Positions 10,601-16,514 of a DNA stretch of 16,514 bases are shown here, one piece after another. The notes beneath the pieces were generated by a model. It saw nothing but the letters and a program-made list of their open reading frames with translations, did not search any database and had not been told where the DNA came from. Position 1 is the stretch's first letter. The number at the start of each line of letters is the position of its first letter. This DNA is from Ginkgo biloba. Lineage: Eukaryota; Plantae; Ginkgophyta. A program made the position numbers and the translations under genes. The stretch covers positions 46,249,532-46,266,045 of the forward strand of contig JANKJI020000004.1 of assembly GCA_024626585.2 (NCBI GenBank), given 5' to 3'.

Positions 10601-11049
10601 ACTCCCTCGAGTTTTAGAGTATGTTCAAGAGATTCCTAATATAGACCTAACCAGTAGAGCATCAAATTAAATCCTTCATTTGTTTCTTTAATTGCCCCAA
10701 TGTCCATTTCATCTTTTCTACAAAAAACCCTGCCCACAGACACCTTTCTTTCATCCAATGCCTTTATGTACAAAATCCTATATATAGGAATTGCCCACTA
10801 CTCTAGCACAAGGCGACAACGAAACAAATAAGCTAATAATCTACAATCCTTGAAGCTAGGCCTCTGGCCTTGATACCCTAAGAATTATAAGGAGTATATC
10901 ACACAATTTTCAAAAGAAATATTTTAAAAACAAATCCTAAAAGTCAACCATTACACCTAACGATGATCAAGTTGCAATCTTTTACCATAAGGATTCAAAG
11001 GCTAGATGTTAACTATCTAGGTATCTTTAATTTTTGGCTTGCATCACCA

Positions 11050-14000
11050 CTCGTACAACTTGAGCTTTGATCAATTCACAATGCCTTCAATCTTGGTTCC
11101 ATCTTGAGCAGTTGAACAACTCCACTTTTATAACTCAATCCAATTTAGAAGACCCAAATAATTTATTTTAAGTTTGGCTCGTCTAACTACTCCCTTGCCA
11201 TCATACTTTAGGACCAAGTGTGAGGGATAAATGTTTTTTCTACCTAAGATACTTATCATGCCATTCTTCCCTTAGTTGTTCTGCAATGGTAATAGTCCAC
11301 AACGACGACAATTGCTTTTCATCCAATTCAAGTAATCATTCCAAATAGTTTATAAGCTTTCATGATCCCATAGACTAATGGCCAATGCAACCCGCAAACT
11401 TACTATTGTGATTTCTAAGGGCGATTGCTTGTGTCTCCTACATCAACTAAACTTGAGTGTGATTAGTAGTTGTTGGNNNNNNNNNNNNNNNNNNNNNNNN
11501 NNNNNNNNNNNNNNNNNNNNNNNNNNNNNNNNNNNNNNNNNNNNNNNNNNNNNNNNNNNNNNNNNNNNNNNNNNNNNNNNNNNNNNNNNNNNNNNNNNNN
11601 NNNNNNNNNNNNNNNNNNNNNNNNNNNNNNNNNNNNNNNNNNNNNNNNNNNNNNNNNNNNNNNNNNNNNNNNNNNNNNNNNNNNNNNNNNNNNNNNNNNN
11701 NNNNNNNNNNNNNNNNNNNNNNNNNNNNNNNNNNNNNNNNNNNNNNNNNNNNNNNNNNNNNNNNNNNNNNNNNNNNNNNNNNNNNNNNNNNNNNNNNNNN
11801 NNNNNNNNNNNNNNNNNNNNNNNNNNNNNNNNNNNNNNNNNNNNNNNNNNNNNNNNNNNNNNNNNNNNAGATGCATACATTTAGTTCTTGGTTAGTTCAT
11901 GTTGTGTTCATTCAAGCTTTGGAATTAATTTCTATGTGTTCATTCTAAGTCTTAGGATAGTTTTTGTCTGTTGTGCACTCTGATAACTCTACAATAGTCC
12001 TTTTTTAACTTGTCTAAAAGGCATAGAAAGCAACTAGGAGTTACTCAACTCAATCCTTGCTAAAAACATTATAAAGTTTACACAAAATTACTACTAGAAT
12101 CTCATTTGATGATTTTGCTTGTTTGAAATTAAGAATTGAATTTGCAATGGGCAATCATAAACCTTGGCTTTAGTCAATAAAGAGATCACAAAAAATCCAC
12201 TCCTCTCACTTTCACTTTTAGGGAACACACAAATTAAGCGATGTTATTCTCACATGAAAACTTTGCAGTACTCCATGCATAATTATCTAGAATAGTCTTG
12301 GGTTTTCGTCAAATACTTAGTAGCAATCACAATATACTTACGCCTCCCTTTTCATGAATGATGTTTTGAACAAACCAATGTAGTCTACGCCCCATTGCCC
12401 AAAAGCTTCCTACAATGATGAAAAGGCATGAAATTGTCTAGTGTTCACTCTATGCGTCGACAATCAAACGGATTAACAAAATCCTTCACATCAAAAAACA
12501 ACTTAGGACACCAAACCCTAGTTCATATGACCTTGCTCCATCATGTCCAACATGTCCTCCTTACATGTGACTCCTACAAAACCTCTTAACTTTGTTTAGC
12601 ATTATATGCAATCAAAGAATATGATATGGTCCCATCTCATAAAATAACCTGCCAAAAAGCTAAAATGGACCAACTTTCTTAGTTATTTCTCGTCATTATG
12701 TCAAAAACATTTCTAGAGTGAAGGTACCTAAGGGAAGTTATCTATAATCCCTTGGTGCCCATAGTCAATCTAAACAACTGAGCATCTAAAAAGTTATCAT
12801 TCATTCCCAAAGGATGCTCTCCAGATGGAACCATAGCAAGCAATCTACAACTACATGTTTCCCTACTTTGACTTCTAGCTTGAAGTTACATTCACAAAAA
12901 AAGAAGCAACCAATAGCTAATCCTTTCCCAAATAATTGGTTTATTGACCATATAAAGCAAGACTTCATGGCCCGTAGAAAACATAATGAGATTACCCAGC
13001 AAATAGCCTTTGAATTTGTTCAAAGCATAAATCATGCACCACCCTTCTTGCCCTCTAGAACTATTCATCAACTACCTGCTTACAAAGTAGATTAGATGAT
13101 CAAGTTCATGCTCTTCTTCCTCTACTAACATGCACCCAATTACAGAATTAGAAGCATCCACATAAATGCTAGACTTCTTTTCGTAATCAATAGATGTTAC
13201 AATTGGGGCAATTACCTACTTGTCCTTCAGCTTTCCAAATGCCTTGTATTGTCCATGCCCCTATGGAAATCATTTCTCCTTCTTGAGTAAATCATCCAAA
13301 GGACAAGTAGTCCATTCAATACTTTTTATGTATCTTCAATGGTATCCAACATGCCCCAAGAATGCACAAATATCATCTCAGTTACAAGGTGGAGGTAACT
13401 ACGGAGTCGCTCACATTTCGTTTAGATCTATCTTTAAACCTTATGTACATACAACATGCCCAAGCAACTTTCCACTTGATACAAGCACCTGGCATTTCTC
13501 AAGTTGATTAACAATCTTACTTTCTTACAAATCCCCATGCACTCCAAGATAAATGAGTGCTCACAGAGCCATATTCTAACCAATCATCCTAGACAACCTT
13601 CACATTCCCCATCAACAACTTCTCGAAGAGGTGCATAACAATATGTTTTGAAAGTGGTCGATGCAATGCATAGCTCAAATGACATCCAAGTATAAGCAAA
13701 TATGAAATACATGGTCACATAGGTGTTTTTCACTCAATCCTCTCATGTAATATTGACTTGACTATATATTAAGAATCCATCCAAGAAGTAATAGATCTCA
13801 TCACCAACAACCTCTTCTTAAAGACTAGTGGTGAAAGATATCATGAAGGAATCTCTCTTTGGAATAGCCTTCAAATTCCAAAAATCAACAAACACTAGTT
13901 TCTCCTTCAACAAACACCCATTCACTTGTTTTTTACACAATTTCCTTCTCCACTTACTCAACATATCTAAGAGCACTCTGATACAAACTCTACCTCAATG

Positions 14001-14350
14001 GTTATGTTCCAAGTAACCACTCAATCTTATATTCACGAAGTTATAGAGGAACCCCCTTCAAATCATAATATGACTAAGTAAAAACATATTTATACTACTT
14101 AAAAATTTCAATTGCAGCCCAAATAGGTATTGGGTTCCATGATGTTCCCATGATAATTTGTGTGGTTCCTCCATCGCTCCCAAATTAACCTCCATCATTG
14201 ATAGCCCCTCATACTAGATTTTCTCTTTTAAAGAAAACCATGAGTTGGAGTCCTTAATTTTGCTTCCTCAATATTTAATTATGTGAAATGTGATGGATAT
14301 TCCTCCTTGTCTACACCATTTATCATTTCCTTAAATTTTCTACCACCATG
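11050..14350 (-). mobile_element. Decayed Ty3/gypsy (Athila-like, non-chromovirus) pol: RT, RNase H, integrase
   Basis: RT motifs: VFVDFWNL...KRDSF, YFLDGF...SQV, MSFELCIASTTF, V*DDW, GKLLGHVV, FLGHVGYH*RYIK. RNase H motifs: YVDASNSVIGCML...DHLIYFVSR, MIYALNKFKGYLLG. Integrase motifs: decayed HHCC region, EAFGQWGVDYIG, KYIVIATKYLTK, TAKFSCEN, QAKSSNEIL, then C-terminal LELDE, WHDKYL, LVLKYD and VN*SKLKLY (11050-11470). The RT-RH-INT order is diagnostic of Ty3/gypsy. The lineage assignment is an inference from motif style. Confidence 0.93.
11471..11993. mobile_element. Nested LTR insertion (probable solo LTR) interrupting the gypsy integrase
   Basis: The insert begins TGTTGG (11471) and ends CTCTACA (11993). 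It is flanked by gtagt (11466-11470) and atagt (11994-11998), a 5-bp TSD with one transition. Removing it rejoins the integrase frame as ...KRTTNHT... Of the 523 nt, 392 are N. Confidence 0.75.
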
Positions 14351-14406
14351 AGAAAACAAGTCAACCTCCTATTAGAGAAAATCCTCTGTACTTGTTCTTC
14401 TTTGTA

Positions 14407-14620
14407 GGCCTCACCTTCCTTTATTGCCACTTAAAACATAAAGTGCCTTGTCGGCCTCACCTTCCTCTATCGTCACTTAGAAACATGGAAGTGTGTGATT
14501 CTCAACTTCCTCTATCATGTCTTCATATTGAACCTAAAGATCTCCTCCATTGCCAATGCAACATATTGAACCTAAAGAGCTCCTCTACTACCATATGTCT
14601 AAAAGATATTCCTCCTCCAA
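14407..14620 (+). repeat. Two adjacent short degenerate tandem arrays (periods ~45-46 and ~38)
   Basis: ctca(c/a)cttcct(c/t)tat recurs at 14410, 14456 and 14501. catattgaacctaaaga recurs at 14524 and 14562, with a decayed third copy near 14592. Confidence 0.8.
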
Positions 14621-14704
14621 TCATGGATCCAACATCGATGCTCCATCTCTAAATGACCCCATGCTCGTGTCTTTGTCTTTATTTGAGTTGTCGTCAATTG
14701 GCGG

Positions 14705-15569
14705 TGTTGGCTAGGATTTGTACCCGCAAGCCAAGTCTCGCCTACAATCTACAATCCATATCAAATGCTAGATTGCACATGTCCATCCACATACATTCAA
14801 TGATGAATACATGTTACACAAAACAAACGTAAGATCATCATCATTCATTATAGCAAGAGAATCCCAACTACCTCTCACATAATCTAAATCCTCAAACTCT
14901 CTCTGACATGGATGCAATGAAATAACAAGGCATTTATACAATGTATGCAATTATTAGTTAGGAACTACCAAATGGATAAATGACCTAACTTCTAACTCAC
15001 AAAACAACCTAAAATCCAATGGTACGATTTATGCTACGATCTAGATAGCATCCTAATGTACATGCATTGTGCCTTGATCCTATCAACATCTACCCTCTCA
15101 CAATAGTCTAAGTTCCCTTGCTCTAAACAATACAAAAATGCAACAATAATAACTTCAATTGATTTTAATCTACTATTACAAAATGAACCACTATCAATTG
15201 CGATCCANNNNNNNNNNNNNNNNNNNNNNNNNNNNNNNNNNNNNNNNNNNNNNNNNNNNNNNNNNNNNNNNNNNNNNNNNNNNNNNNNNNNNNNNNNNNN
15301 NNNNNNNNNNNNNNNNNNNNNNNNNNNNNNNNNNNNNNNNNNNNNNNNNNNNNNNNNNNNNNNNNNNNNNNNNNNNNNNNNNNNNNNNNNNNNNNNNNNN
15401 TCCACTACCCAAAAATCAACTATAATTAACTACAATCCATGCAATCCATTGCCACAAAGCCAATTGCAAAGCCAAGCAACATTTTGCCTATAATTCAAAA
15501 ACCATGTAACAAATAACCTTACTCAACTGACTCAACCACCACAAAGGAATGTTATTCATATCAGCATTA
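14705..15569 (-). mobile_element. Possible LTR-like non-coding segment
   Basis: Begins TGTTGG on the plus strand after ggcgg. It contains a minus-strand TATA-like TGTATAAATG (~14931-14940) and has C/A-rich non-coding composition. A candidate other end is ...catta followed by ggtgg (15570-15574). This needs two transitions to fit TG..CA plus a TSD, and it spans a 193-N gap. Confidence 0.35.
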
Positions 15570-16514
15570 GGTGGATCGATGCCTTCTTCAAATCATGCCT
15601 ATGAAGAATCTATGATTTCTTTGTCCACTGTCACAACAACTAAGAAAATAAAAAACAATTGGCTTTTTATGGGAGGAGGATGAGGTGTTGTTGGGGCAAA
15701 GGGCAATGCACTACATCACCCCCAACACATAAAGTCACAATCTCTTCAACGTCATAGTACATCAAGGGTGGTTGAACATATGTCTTAGTCAAAATTGTCA
15801 AGCAAGAGTAGAAACAAACAATATAGGGTCCATAGGACTTGATGATAGTTATAGAAGAAATAGTAGTTGAAGAGAGCAACTTGATATAGGGTCGCTTGGT
15901 CATCAATGTGCTAACCAAGCTTGCTTTTTGCTTAGAATCCATTAGTTGAGAAGTGCATTTGAGCCCACGCTCAGAGAGTCAAGTCATAGTGGCAAAGAGA
16001 ATATCACGTAGAGTCGAGGCCAAAGATAGCCAATCATGTGGAGACTAATCATGAGGGGGATACTGACCCGTAAAATGCAAATAATGTTGGATAGCAAGTG
16101 CAACCAACACACATGGCCCATAAAAATAAGCACCTTCAGAGGCACATCAAATGCCTGATATTTGAGAGATGATACGATCAAAAAAGAAAAGCAACCCAAT
16201 TGTGAAATGTGCCCCGCTACAAGCCTTGTAAAGTCTAANNNNNNNNNNNNNNNNNNNNNNNNNNNNNNNNNNNNNNNNNNNNNNNNNNNTGGCTACCAAA
16301 AATCATGTCAACTAAGCAAGAACTAGATCCTTCAATTGATTAACCAAGATCCCATTGGATGTGGCAGCCTTAAGAGAAGCATAGAGCAACTTAGCAACTT
16401 CAATGCATGCTAACGATAATCAATAGATGCACTAGTATTTGGAAGAGATGTAAACACAATGATGACAACAAGCGAAGTATCAACCAACTCTTAACATACG
16501 CACACATACAAATT

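Larger units (their letters stand above)
2480..16514 (-). other. Probable very long, TE-filled upstream intron of RPN7
   Basis: The acceptor at 2481-2480 requires an upstream exon encoding the ~85-aa RPN7 N-terminus. None is recognisable in the sequenced bases. It could still be hidden in an N-gap. Confidence 0.6.

Noticed and set aside
10867-10879. tRNA-Met primer-binding site as a firm feature
   Set aside because: It matches only 10/13 and no LTR 3' end (CA) is identifiable next to it. It is mentioned only as a hint.
11378-11895. Long ORFs spanning N-runs (also 1205-1526, 4638-4905, 8085-8403, 15034-15425)
   Set aside because: These are artefacts of stop-free N gaps.
12814-14652. Plus-strand ORFs of 60-95 aa (also those at 8611-10202)
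   Set aside because: They are antisense shadows of the minus-strand gypsy gag/pol or repeat sequence and have no recognisable protein features.
1-16514. Novel reverse-transcriptase-based system (retron, DGR or similar)
   Set aside because: All RT-like segments match ordinary LINE, copia or gypsy motifs and are broken by stops and frameshifts. No intact unknown ORF or structured RNA array is visible.

Overview
This is eukaryotic plant DNA from a draft assembly with 8 N-gaps. The left end (553-2479, minus strand) holds five cleanly spliceable exons of the 26S proteasome lid subunit RPN7 (PSMD6 orthologue). All have GT-AG junctions with matching phases, and the stop codon is at 553-555. One internal exon (about 36 aa) is not visible and probably lies in the 100-N gap at 1272-1371. 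The N-terminal coding exon is not visible anywhere in the window. The remaining ~14 kb (2480-16514) is therefore most likely a very long first intron, a pattern typical of gymnosperm-like giant genomes (inference). It is filled with decayed retroelements: LINE/L1 ORF1 and reverse-transcriptase remnants, a Ty1/copia RT fragment, a Ty3/gypsy gag with zinc knuckles, and an Athila-like RT-RNaseH-integrase region. That integrase is split by a TG...CA insertion with a 5-bp target-site duplication. An L1 endonuclease fragment also sits in a downstream RPN7 intron, in frame with the preceding exon. I found no convincing evidence of a new biological system. The most notable points are structural: the in-frame RPN7/L1-EN read-through, a perfect 17-bp hairpin at a copia/gypsy junction, the nested solo LTR, and the pol-before-gag order.
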